A DNA stretch of 64,000 nucleotides, from the NCBI GenBank assembly GCA_002269645.1, contig NIVC01001242.1:62001-126000 (forward strand). The letters are read 5' to 3'. Of the stretch, positions 38,201 to 49,379 are shown one piece after another (the first letter of the stretch is position 1; the number at the start of each line of letters is the position of its first letter). The notes beneath the pieces are model-generated. The model was not told where the DNA came from. It searched no databases and was given only the letters and a program-made list of their open reading frames with translations. The position numbers were made by a program, and so were the translations under genes. This stretch comes from Macrostomum lignano. Lineage: Eukaryota.

Positions 38201-38937
38201 TCCTGCAAAGCAGCTGCAGTTTTTGCCGCTACTTGTTCCCACACAAAGTCCATTGCTGCACGGTTTCCGAATGGAGCAGGCCTCAAATAGTTCGCATCGA
38301 TTGCCTGGAAAGTTTTCAACATCAATGTGTGATCTTGTGTGTGTGTGTGTGTGTGCGTTGCTTAAAAAATTACTGCAACGGATGAAAATGAAGTTTTTAC
38401 CTGTGTAGTTGATGCTGCAGCTGCAATTAAAGAAAGGCTCTGTCTCTATGGGACTGCATAATCCGCCGTTAAAACAGACTGGCAACGAGTCGATACCCAT
38501 ATCCGGTTGCAGCTTGCTGCAGTAGTCATCTGTGACGCTGCAATTGTCTCCTGAGTAGGGCTTCGGGCAGGAGCAAACCGGCTCGCTGCTGTTGCAGATG
38601 CCACCGTTGACGCATTCCAAAGAATCGCAGGTTTCCCTGCGCTGTCGATTTAGCAAGGAAAAGTCATCGACTCCTGGGTATTTAATGAGGCGATTGCAGC
38701 TGCAAAAATGCTACTTACTACTTAAAAGATAAACAAACGAATTTTACTCAGTAAATAAAAAATGAGCTAAAATGAGTTTATTTCGATAAATGGATACCAT
38801 CTATGCATACCATCAGGATCAAGCTGCTGTATCGTATCCTTTGCCGATCCAGCAGCCGAAAGCAGGCAGAAGCAATAACTGAAGCCAATTACGATTGCTG
38901 ATAGATTTGACAGGTAGCTCTGGTGTCGTGAAGACAT
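32266..38937 (-). CDS. Gene C: about 652-aa EGF receptor-like protein (SP, RQRR site, ~6 EGF, TM, ~300-aa Tyr-motif tail)
   Basis: Exons 38811-38937, 38401-38673, 38112-38304, 37290-37618, 35340-35452 ([30 protein letters not shown]), then phase-0 exons 35187-35240, 34425-34628, 33660-33707, 33488-33571, 33142-33408, 32561-32662, 32266-32430; all GT-AG and in frame. Confidence 0.72.
32735..33100. repeat. 24-bp minisatellite (ACAGACACAAACTGAGACACTCAC)
   Basis: Tandem units in a gene C tail intron. Confidence 0.9.
34720..35100. repeat. 15-bp minisatellite (GCACCAGGGGCGCCA)
   Basis: About 25 near-perfect units in a gene C intron. Confidence 0.92.
36577..37259. mobile_element. hAT-like MITE carrying a 23-bp minisatellite (TGGCGCCACTCTAGTGTATATTA)
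   Basis: TIR CAGTGGTGGATTTA / (rc) CAGAGGCGGATTCA; flanks cttagtgg / cttggttt (5/8 match); array at 36690-37200. Confidence 0.55.
37805..38078 (-). mobile_element. tRNA-derived SINE
   Basis: Minus-strand 5' end GGGGCGTAGCGGTCTAGCG (A box) and GGCTTGATTCC (B-box-like), no cloverleaf 3' arm; extent approximate. Confidence 0.55.
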
Positions 38938-40117
38938 TGTGCGCGGTCTGAGGTTTTGAAATTACACTACATGTAAGAAGATAAGCATGTAAGCATGTCA
39001 TATAAGCTATAATAAATCGAACTAGGTTGTAAAATAAAATATATCTGCTTACCTGAGTTATCGATATGAGATGGATACTAGACTTATTTAGAAACTCTAC
39101 AGAAAAATGTATAGATATCTGTAAAAAGGATTCTTGGAACGGCTCAACACTAAAAAAGCTTTATTATACTGGATTCCTTGGGTGAGGCACAAATTAAATA
39201 GACGCATATCCGGCAGTCTATTCGCTTCTATTTGTCATGAAATAGAAAGATATATAGACATATATATATATATATATAAATATATTTAGATGCATACACA
39301 CAGAAAGAGAACTCTCTCAGCCAGTATGAAAACACGAAAACAAAAAACACAGAAAAATTCTCTTACCCCCGCTGCAGCTATGCAAAAATGTTCATGGACT
39401 TATAGCATCTCTCTAGCTTACACTTCTCGTATTTCACTCTATCTCTACGTGTTCATTTATCACTACAGCCTTAAATATAATTACGGATTCTATTTGAACA
39501 ATGAACCCATAGATGCGTTCATATTGGGTCGAAAAGACTTCTATAGAGTTAGATAATACGAGCTACATATGGCTAATGTACAGTTAGATAAACTAGCTTT
39601 TACCAGTCAGTCTTGGGTTTGGCATGCTTTTGTTTTCAGCACGGTCCTTTTTAGACCGAACTATACCCTTTTGACACTGAGGCCAAGGTGGATCTTCAGT
39701 TTTTTTTATAAACAAATTTCGAAAATGCAACCGCGAGTAACGAGTACTTAAGCGAAAAAATACGTACCCTAGCTTAGGGCATCTTAAGGCCTAATATTAA
39801 AGATTGAGCAACGTCCAAAATAGGAATAGTTTTACCTGGTAGAGATAAAGAGCTAGACTTTATTTACTCTCTAGATAATTTATTTGCTTTTTTATTAACT
39901 CGTTGATTCAGACTTGCAGTTTTACAAATTTCTACATTGCTTATGGGGCACCCTGGCGTAACGTGTTCGACGAATTCGTCCTTAAGCCAGTGGCGAGAAA
40001 ATTCTCCGCATTCCGCCGACTCCTGGGCATACGGCCATGACGGTTGAGCACTTGCACCAAAGTTCAGGGAGTTTCAGCATTCAGGGATGGGATTCCATCT
40101 CTCTTTTCACTTTGTAT

Positions 40118-42190
40118 CTTACTTAGCTGCAGGGGGCTCCGTGCGTCCGGAAACAGCGAGGAGGCGTTGCCGCCCATTTCGCTAACCCCTGGCGACCACG
40201 GGCAGCTGGTGCTGTGGTGCCGCGCAGGGAGTTCCGGTAGTGCCGGTGTTATGGTTTAGGATCTCCGGGGGTCCGGTCAGTTTAGGGTGTCCGGGGCGGA
40301 GACCCTAAACGGTTTAGGATCTCCGCCCGGAGACCCTAAACCGTTTAGGATCTCCCCTGGAGACTTCTAACGGTTATGGGTCTCCGGGGTAGGAGATCTG
40401 AAACCGTTTAAGGGTCTCCGGGGCATTTTCAGGTCTCCGCACCCGGAGATCTTAAACCAGTTTCTGATCTCCCCATAGGAGACTCTAAACCAGTTTCAGC
40501 TCTCCGTCAGGGCCGCAAAAACAAAGTCTTGGTTTAGGATCTCCGGTTTCCGATCTCCCCCCATTTGTGTAAAACCAATGGTCATGGTATTGAACGCGTA
40601 CATGTATAAGAAGTGGAAAGGCATTTTTATCATCAACGTAGCATTAGTTTTATATGTATATGCTCGCACAACTGTGTATTTAAATGGAAAACTGTTTACT
40701 GTTAAAGTAATGAAGTAAATGTCCGCTTAGTGAAAAACCGGTGATGCACTTTCAGCCCGGTGCTTGGAGGAAGCATCTCTTGAGGTGTTTCCTATTGACA
40801 CACATGGTTAGTCCTCCTAGCCTGTACACGTTTTGACCAAGACACCTGGTCACGATGTAGACTTGCTGACTCCAAGTGTATCGCATCTTACCACCCTTCC
40901 GATCGTCCCTGCGAAGATTGCGAAGCCTAACTCTGTCCCCTCGCTTCAGATCCTGAACCCCAGCTGCTCCCACGGTGTGACCAGCTCGCACCTGTCACAA
41001 GACTCGACCACTGCCATGGCAATCGGTGTGACGGGAATGTCAGCATAGTATCGTGCAGTAAAAAGGCTCACTGTGCTGTTGACACCCACGTGACTTCCTT
41101 TCGAGTGAAGGCTGCGGATCTTATCCCGTACCTCTTCCTCTGTGAAAAGTACTCTGCGATGGTCTTCAGGCCGCATTCGCTGACTGTCGTCCTTATTAGT
41201 CACCCTGTAGTAAAGCGCTCCGTCATGGATGGAGAAACGCTTGCTCTTTTCTCTAATACGTCTTTTTAAGTTGGCCTTATCTTTGGCGTCCAATCTGGCT
41301 GGTACCTGCGTATATTCATTGTTTAGGACGTAGAAAAATATTTGATTGAGCGAAGCCATCAAGCTTTGAAATGCAGAAATCGACGAAAATCACACAGCAC
41401 AAACCTTTCTTATCATCTGCCCAATATAAATTTTTACAGCGCTTCCCGCCACCCATAAAATATGAGTACAAAGCTGATCTCCAAAATGTGCAAAGCCTAT
41501 TGAAAGTTACGCAAGAGTGCTCACACTTTGGGGTGCCAATCTCGATGTACATAGAAGTAGCTATAATTTTCATATAGAAAAGAACCGCGGAGATCCTAAC
41601 ACGGCGGAGACCTGTAACTCTATCTTATGTTATGGTTTCCGATCTCCGTGTGGGCGATCTTAAAATGACACAATTTTCAGTTTGTGATCTCCGGGCCGGA
41701 GACCCTAAAACGCGGAGATCATAAACTCTAACACCGGTGTCCCCAGCGCGGTCCCCCCGGAGAGCCCAGTGGATTGTCGCTCGCCCGGTAGCCCTTAGGT
41801 AGCGGTCGAGCTGGCAGAGATTCTCGGGCCTGAAAACGTCGGAGAGGTCCTGGTTTGGGCCAAGGTAGGTGAGCCTGTCCTGAGTAAAGGCGGGGCATTC
41901 ACAGATGAAGTGCTCCGCATTTTCGACACCGGAGAGGCAGAATGGGCATTCCTCACTGCGGATTTTCCCCTGGAGGTGACGATGCCTGGCAAAACAGCCA
42001 TGACCCGAGAGGGCCTGGTTACCGCCCTGATGTCCCTGCGGTTGAGTCCAAGCAGGGCCCTGCGCAGGGCGGAGGAAGGACAGGGGACAGCCGCGCGAGA
42101 TTGCCGGCAGTCGGGGGCGTTAGCCCACCTCTCCCTGTGCTTAGAAGCCACCCACTGGTTGATCCGAGTGGTATTGCCTAGGTGTAAGTA
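40118..42190 (-). mobile_element. 5'-truncated LINE of a related family (CCHC knuckle plus 3' UTR), split by a DNA transposon
   Basis: 41738-42190 encodes ...[20 protein letters not shown]...CPFC...AEHFICEC; 40118-40242 continues to the CTGCAGCTAAGTAAG tail. Confidence 0.8.
40247..41733 (-). mobile_element. Internally deleted Ginger1-like DNA transposon
   Basis: Termini TGT...ACA; 21-bp TIR TGTTATGGTTTAGGATCTCCG / TGTTAGAGTTTATGATCTCCG; CCGG TSD at 40243-40246 and 41734-41737. ORF from 41359 has an integrase-like N-terminus (KRFSIHDGALYY; LHSKGSHVG...RYY...CDRC) and a C-terminal GDRV..N.RR..RKGGK...W segment; no DDE core. Confidence 0.8.
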
Positions 42191-42346
42191 AGTAACTCCG
42201 ATGCTCAAAATTCACAGGGTTTAGCGGAGCAGCAGAAATTTTTTCACAATCTGCACCTAAGATCACCTAGGCAGACAGTTCAGGTTAAGTAGAAAGTGTT
42301 TAGTATAAGCATTATTTTTTACTTAATGTTGATGTACACTTGGTAC

Positions 42347-43059
42347 CAGGGGTGTCGCCACTGAGAGGAGCTAAAATGAAGGACCTGTGGCAGTAAAATG
42401 AGTGTATGCAACGCTCAAAAAAGAGTGTCTGCGGTGCCAAGATGAGTGTCTGCGGTGCCAAGATGAGTGTCTGCGGTGCCAAGATGAGTGTCTGCGGTGC
42501 CAAGATGAGTGTCTGTGGTACCAAGATGAGTGTCTGCGGTGCCAAGATGAGTGTCTGCGGTGCCAAGATGAGTGTCTGCGGTACCAAGATGAGTGTCTGC
42601 GGTACCAAGATGAGTGTCTGCGGTACCAAGATGAGTGTCTGCAGTACCAAGATGAGTGTCTGCGGTGCCAAGATGAGTATCTGCGGTGCCAAGATGAGTG
42701 TCTGCGGTGCCAAGATGAGTGTCTGCGGTGCCAAGATGAGTGTCTGCGGTGCCAAGATGAGTATCTGCGGTGCCAAGATGAGTGTCTGCAGTGCCAAGAT
42801 GAGTGTCTGCGGTACCAAGATGAGTGTCTGCGGTACCAAGATGAGTGTCTGCGGTACCAAGATGAGTGTCTGCGGTACCAAGATGAGTGTCTGCGGTACC
42901 AAGATGAGTGTCTGCGGCGCTAAAATGAGTGCCTACGACGCCGAGAAATCAGTACTAGCAAAATACCAATTTCCTAAACAATTTAGGACTTATTTGTTCG
43001 GGAATTTCGCTTTGCCCCCCGCCCCTCGCCAAACCATAAAATCCGTGGCGACAGATCTG
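42347..43059. mobile_element. hAT-like MITE carrying a 21-bp minisatellite (GTCTGCGGTGCCAAGATGAGT)
   Basis: TIR CAGGGGTGTCGCCAC / (rc) CAGATCTGTCGCCAC; 8-bp flanks cttggtac / cttgatgc (6/8); array at 42420-42930. Confidence 0.62.
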
Positions 43060-44815
43060 CTTGATGCTCAACTGTGAGATACGTGTAGTAGACAGAAGGC
43101 ATCAGTGGATTAAAAAGTGCACACAGGAACTGAGAAAGTACTAAAAAGAAATAATTAAATAACTTATTAGTTTCACTTTTTACTTTGTATCACTATTTGA
43201 TAAGAAAAACAAACAATTAAAACAAACTGCAGCCCAAAACAAGTAAAATTCGTATTAATAGTGAAACAAATTATTGTTTTTATATTAAAACTCACAGCAG
43301 CAGTCATTCCTGGTTAATGTATTCACTGAGATAAATTCCTTTGTTTCATAATATATGAGACATGGCCGTGTCTTCGGAGGAGACAACTCCATCTTTTGAT
43401 TTTGACTTTTAATCATCTTCTCTGTCACGAAGTAACAAGTTGTGAGTATATAATCATATAGCCGACCGAAAGCCACGTAATTTCATGTAAGCTGAAGAAA
43501 CAATATATAATACCGATATTAGATTCTTGCAATCAAAAAGGAATATTTTACAAATCAATACTGCAGATACTATACAAACATCTACGTCTTTTACTAACAA
43601 AAAGTTTCAAACTGAAGACTATAAACAATTTGAATAAACGCGTTGTGATTTCATATTCCATGTTTTATTGAGACGCCAACAACACTGCACCGTAGCAGAG
43701 ACACTCATTATGCGTAGAAAAAAAACATTTTTATGCTTTCGTACGGACTTTAAAGATAGCAAAAACAGCCTCTCAAACAATTTCATGTATCATCCGGGGC
43801 GCAAACACTTGTTTACAATTATCTTAAATCTGTGTTTTAAATCATTTAGCTATTTAAAATTAGCTAAATTTAGCTCACTTAACCTTAAAATTAATTTGCT
43901 AGATGAGTTCAGATTTCAACAGAAAATTTCTTGCTGAAAAGCCAAGCTGGAGCACGTCTTCAACAGCCTCAACGCCATTCATGCATTACGAACAAGCAAC
44001 ACTGTGCCAGAATGTCGTAATTAAAGGAACTGATTGTCGCACTCCTGTGCCTTCGTGCCAAAGCGCTGTACAGGTTCACGCTCAAAAACAGCGCTTGAAC
44101 GTCAAGAGGAATTCGAAACAAGTAATTTATAGAAAAAACGATTTTAGAAGCCGCTAATTCTTAATGACATAATGAAAGCTTAGATTTCCTCAGGTTTAAA
44201 AAGGCGCAAGAATAGTACAGGAAATGAGTTCTACTCTATATTACATGAATACTCAGAAAAAAACGATGATCAACTAATAAAATACGCTGGATTCCAGACG
44301 CTCGAACATAGAAATTGCTTTGAATTTCACAAAAAAGCAATTATTGCATCAGGACCCCACGTACTTATCTTTGTTACATTTAAATATAACTGAGTGAAAC
44401 TTGCTTGCAGAAAATAACGTAGCATAAATAGCACAAAATGAGATGCTTGCTAGCTAATAAAAAGCGCAAAATGAATAATAATTGAACTTTAAGAAGAGAA
44501 AGTAATGTTTGACCTAAAAGATTTAATCAAATCCGAACAAACTAGTTATTAGATAACGTTCGGTGAAAATTAATGTGCTTAAGAAGCAAAATAAAAAAAT
44601 TGAATATTAGAGCACCAAGCCCTGGCAAAAACTGCTTAAAAAATAATATTCCACTCACTGGATATGCGTCACATATAGGTAAATACGGAATTAATCGTGT
44701 TAAAACAACGAAACTATTATATTGTAGCTCGCACAAGCGTACCGATATCATAAATTATATTGTATTACAGTGTGATATTAAATATTTGAAATAGTCGAAA
44801 TTTTTAGCAGTTTTT

Positions 44816-47800
44816 TTAGAAACGAGCGATTTTACTTGAATCGACTCTGGCCGGTAAATCTATTTTTGCTGCTTGCGGTTGCTGCTGTCCACCAGAAGAA
44901 TCCGGCAAACTGGTCGGGTGATTATCGAGCTCATCATAGACATTTCCGGGGTCTTCCAGATTAGCGGCTGACTCTTCAGCGGTCTGAAAAAATACAATTA
45001 TTATATGTATGTACGATACCTGTGTAGAAATAATCTGATTATATAATAAACTCCCATACTGCTGGTTGTAAACCGGAAGTTGCGGGATCATCAAAAGCCC
45101 GAAGAAATTTTCTATATGGTCAGTGCGTTATCGGGCCCTGAATAATGACTGCATCAGCATCTGGCTCTGGGCTGGCAAAACTGCGCAACAAAAACTGTAA
45201 ACGTTGGCATAAGCGCGTAGCAAAAGTAGCAAATATTCAAAATTGTCAAAATTGTAAATCGGCACTTTGAACATCAGTCACGCGATTTGATGGCTTATTT
45301 GATGGCGGTGTGAACAATAGCTATGAGAATTTGTGACTTTGGATGTTATACTGCAGGGCTCGGCAAAATCCGGCCCGCGGGCCACACACATGTGGCCCCT
45401 TCTATCCTCTCCTATTCTCTTTCCTTTCTTCTCGCATTTCATCAATTCTCTTCTCTCTCCTCTCTCCTCTCACCTATCCTCTCTTCTCTCTTCTCGCCTA
45501 TCATCTATACTCTCCTCTCTACTCTCTCCTCTCTCCCCTCCTCTCCTCTTTCCGCTCTCCAGTCTCCCCTCTCCTCTCCTCTCTCCTCTCTCCTCTCTCC
45601 TCTCTCCTCTTTACTCTCTCTTATCTCCTCTCCTCTCTCTTATCCTCCTATCTGGCCCTAAGATAAAAATGTTTGTCGACTCCTGTTTTGCACGAACAAA
45701 TCCTGCTCTCATCTCAGTCGGACACTAGATACCACTGGTTTATAAAAGCAGTAGACATTACCCATGAACCTTTTGCACAAATTTTCACTTCGTATTATGA
45801 TAAAATGTAAATACAGGTAAAAATAAAAAATCGAGACGATTGAAAGCTACTAAAGTTACCATATTGACTTGTCCTTAACTTCATTTCTAACATAATTAAG
45901 ATCTTACCAACAGCTGATTCTGAGTTCTCATTGCGTGCCGCTCTGGAAGAGGGGCGGCACGCTTGACTGCTGCCGCTGCTGCTGCTTCTGCGGTTTCTGC
46001 AGGTGCCTCGGCTTCGGGTTCGGTTTTGGCTTTGAACCACCACTGGTTGGCGGCTTAGATGGGGGCTGATCCGGTGGCTGAGTTGCCTGACTCGATGACT
46101 GGTCAAGCGGATTGTCCGGACAGGCGTAGAATTCGTCCAACTCAACGGGCTGCAGAAGTGAGTTCAAGAAACGATTGTAATTAATCACTAATTTGTTAGA
46201 ATTTGTTCTATTTTGAAAATTAAATCAAAGCTAGATCTATTGGGCTGATATTTTGATTTCTTTTCAGCTGTTAAAACGAATTTTATTGTAAATGACGCAA
46301 GTTTCTCAATGGTATTATGGATTTTACTGACGATATAGATGGCAAAGCAAGACAAAAACAATTTCTATAAGCGCAAATATGAAATATTTATCGTCAATTT
46401 GATGTTTTTTAATCATTTTTCTAAAAGCGTAAAAAAAGTTTTTCTCGAGGGGGGGCTCTCAGCTCTACGGTACTAAAAGTAGTCTGATGCGAACTTGAAT
46501 TTTATGAAACTCAACTTCAAACTGTACTTCATAAAAATTGAATTTTATGAAGTACAAAATCACAATTTTTCATTGAAAAAATCTAATCATAATTCATTGT
46601 AAAGCGGAAATAAGAATATTTACCGACTACCACCCACTGTACGCCCCACTTAGTTGTCCCACAGGGTATGAGACGAAAAAAATTTGCTGAACGAGAAAAA
46701 ATCGACATCATTATTTTTCTACTTACGTTAGAAGCAGTTGTGTTTTCTGACAGCTGCTGCTCTGCAACTGGTTCCGGAGTCTGGTGTGCATCCGGTGCAA
46801 CGTAAACGTCATCAGCTGATTCACCACCATCGGCAACTAGGTCTGAATCCGGTGTCTGATTTGCATCCGGTGCGCAGTAGAAATCATCACCTGAGTTGCC
46901 GCAAAATCCGCTGCTTGGTTTTCTTCCTGCAGTTTTTTTTAAATTAATTGACCAAGTGTAGAGAAAAGCGGAGATTAAAATTCAAGCGTTGAGTATTGAT
47001 AGGTGAGTGATTCTTTTGATGAAGACACAGCTATAGTAGAACCATGGACTCTAAAACTATATATGATACGCTCATACTCCTAAAAATATATTTAAAAGAT
47101 TTGTTCAGCCCAAGAGTCGAATAGTTCATACGAGGTTCAGAAGCTTTAACAGTCAATCAAGTCTGATGTACATGAGAATATCAAACATTTATAACTGGAT
47201 GTTCATTAAACCCGCTTAGGATGGCTATAAACAGCTATTTCCCTAGAGCCTTAAAAACAAATGCAGAATTTACCTGATCTTCTCCAGTTGCATTCGGATC
47301 AGCTTCCTCAACCGTATTTTTGAGGCCAGAAGTGCCAGCCTGAGAGGCTGACTGACCGGCTGCAGCTGGGGTTGTCTTCAATAGCTTGCGTAGCTTGGAG
47401 CTGGTCTTGCTTATTAAGCTCATTTTAGCGCTCGATTTAGGATTTTCCTCTTTGGATCGCTTTTTTGATTTATTGTCTTCTTTGTCATCTGCTGCCGCTT
47501 GCTGCTCATGCTGCTCAGTAGATTGGTCTATGTCATTCGGAACAATGTACACTCCACCAGACAGATCATCGGATGCATGAGGTGTTTCTTGAACTTCATT
47601 TCGGACAGGTGTCTCCTGAACAGTAACACGCAGGTATCACTATAAAATCTCAAACTCCTTTCCCGAGGATAACACTTAAAAGTCTGTTTTTTATCTGCAT
47701 GAAACGCAACCAGCTTTACCTACTCGTAACTTGCAGACAATGTCCTAAGCCAATTATTTAAAGCAATAGGCATTGACATTGACTAACATTTCACTTTCTT

Positions 47801-49379
47801 TTCCAAAAAACTGTCACAGTGAGGTTTAAAGCAGCCTTTCTGAAAGACTATAGCGCAAGCAGTGTGTAACAGGTGTTCTAATCCTGCTGCTGTAAGGGCA
47901 TGAGTGAGTTTTCAGTCTTTGTTCAGTAAATAATAGTTCACTTTTTTGTTCGCGAATTAATATCTTCCGCTGTCATGCAGGCCAGACTCACTTACCTCGG
48001 GCTAAACACACCAATTACCGAATCGTGCAAACTCGAAGATTTAAACCAGATCATGCGAAACTGGGGGACCTCCCTGGACGGCGCCAACACTCTATCCTTC
48101 CGGAATGGGCGCCCGGGCTTTTCCGCTGTGTCCCACTTGGAGCTGTCCTGCAGCTAAGTCAAGATAAGTTCCTAGTTTATAGAATCCAAATATACATAAG
48201 TTGGTAGTTAAACTTGATTTGTTTAAAATTGTTCAATGTAAAAATTCATCCGTAGCTACTTTTTTTTCTTTGTTTCAGAAGCGATACACACATGGGCACT
48301 ATATGACACATTGGAGTTGGACACACCTAATGAGACGCACTTGTAGGGTAGAGTCAACTACAATAATTTGATATTTGATCCCGATAAAAGCTGGCACAAA
48401 AACCTCCAAGCATCTTCGAGACTAAAAAATAAAAGAAAGCTAAAAAATAACTTACATGAACCGATTCGATGTGCTCTTCAACCACGGTAACGGAGCTCGC
48501 GTTAGTGCCGCTCATGTCACCCAATTCTTCATCGCCGGTATTAATTCCTGCGTTTAAATACGCAGTCGCGTCAATATAATGCTGTCCATCATTCAGAGCC
48601 GACTCGGTACTATCTGGCCTTTTGTTTCGTTCGACAACGTCAGGCTGCCGACATATCAGTTTGCCCTAAAAGTGTTAATTTCGGTTTGCCATATTTTAGT
48701 AAGATTTTTATTAAAGGGACTGCCATATTTTGTAAACAAATAATATATACAATGGTACCTTTCTAAGCAGCACGACGAATAGAACGACAAGTGCGATTAA
48801 GATAATCCAGCCCAGTAATCCGACAATTCCAACTGCGATAGCTACGTCTTTTAAATTTTGTCCGCCTGGAACTTTAAATTTTTTCAACTTTGTTAGAAAA
48901 AATAATAAGAAAAATAGTTATTATTTAACCACGTAGCAAAGCATTTCTACTGAACAATACTTTGCGTAATTAATCATTGACCTATGTAAGCTAGAGTTAA
49001 AAAAGCAATTACGAGAATTGATACCCATCACAGGCAACACTTCAGTGTGGTCATCAGTGATGTTGCACGCGTCCCCAGAGTAAGGCCATGGGCAGGAACA
49101 GAACGAGTCGTTACCAGTGTCGTTGCAGACTTCACCATTGATGCACTCGAAACTGCCGCAGGGCGTTGTACTCGGTTCCGAATCTAAATAGATAATAAAG
49201 GCATAAACTTCGGCTAGTCAATGTCTCCAATTCGAAGCTTACGACCTAAAATTTACACAGATTAAATCTAGATAGACTAGCATTTACTAACCAGCAAGTT
49301 GCCCAACAACAGAAGCCGCTGTTATGATCAACAACAGACAAAGAAACTCTTGATTGTTCGCTGGTAGAAGTTGCCTCAT
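44816..49379 (-). CDS. Gene D: 1-EGF single-pass protein with a long Tyr-motif tail (about 505 aa if two 1-bp deletions are corrected)
   Basis: Exons 49292-49379 (SP), 49025-49183 (EGF CGSFECINGEVC...CPWPYSGDAC), 48759-48865 (TM VAIAVGIVGLLGWIILIALVVLFVVLL-RK), 48456-48665, 47274-47615, 46727-46926 and 45908-46149 (each 1 nt short of phase 0-0), 44816-44983. The last exon is homologous to the last exon of gene C. Confidence 0.62.
45352..45660 (+). mobile_element. hAT/Charlie-like MITE end followed by a CT-rich tract
   Basis: CAGGGCTCGGCAAAATCCGGCCCGCGGGCCACA terminus; related relic at 26277-26410 with a GA-rich tract. Confidence 0.45.
47980..48168 (+). mobile_element. About 190-bp 5'-truncated copy of the 11032-16934 LINE family
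   Basis: gccagactcacttacctcggg...cctgcagctaagtcaag aligns with 16650-16925. Confidence 0.8.

Noticed and set aside
42312-43077. Cys-rich CLRCQDE repeat ORFs
   Set aside because: 21-bp array inside a MITE; open on both strands.
48270-48340. Extra gene D tail exon
   Set aside because: An acceptor-like AG is present but there is no convincing donor or motif similarity.
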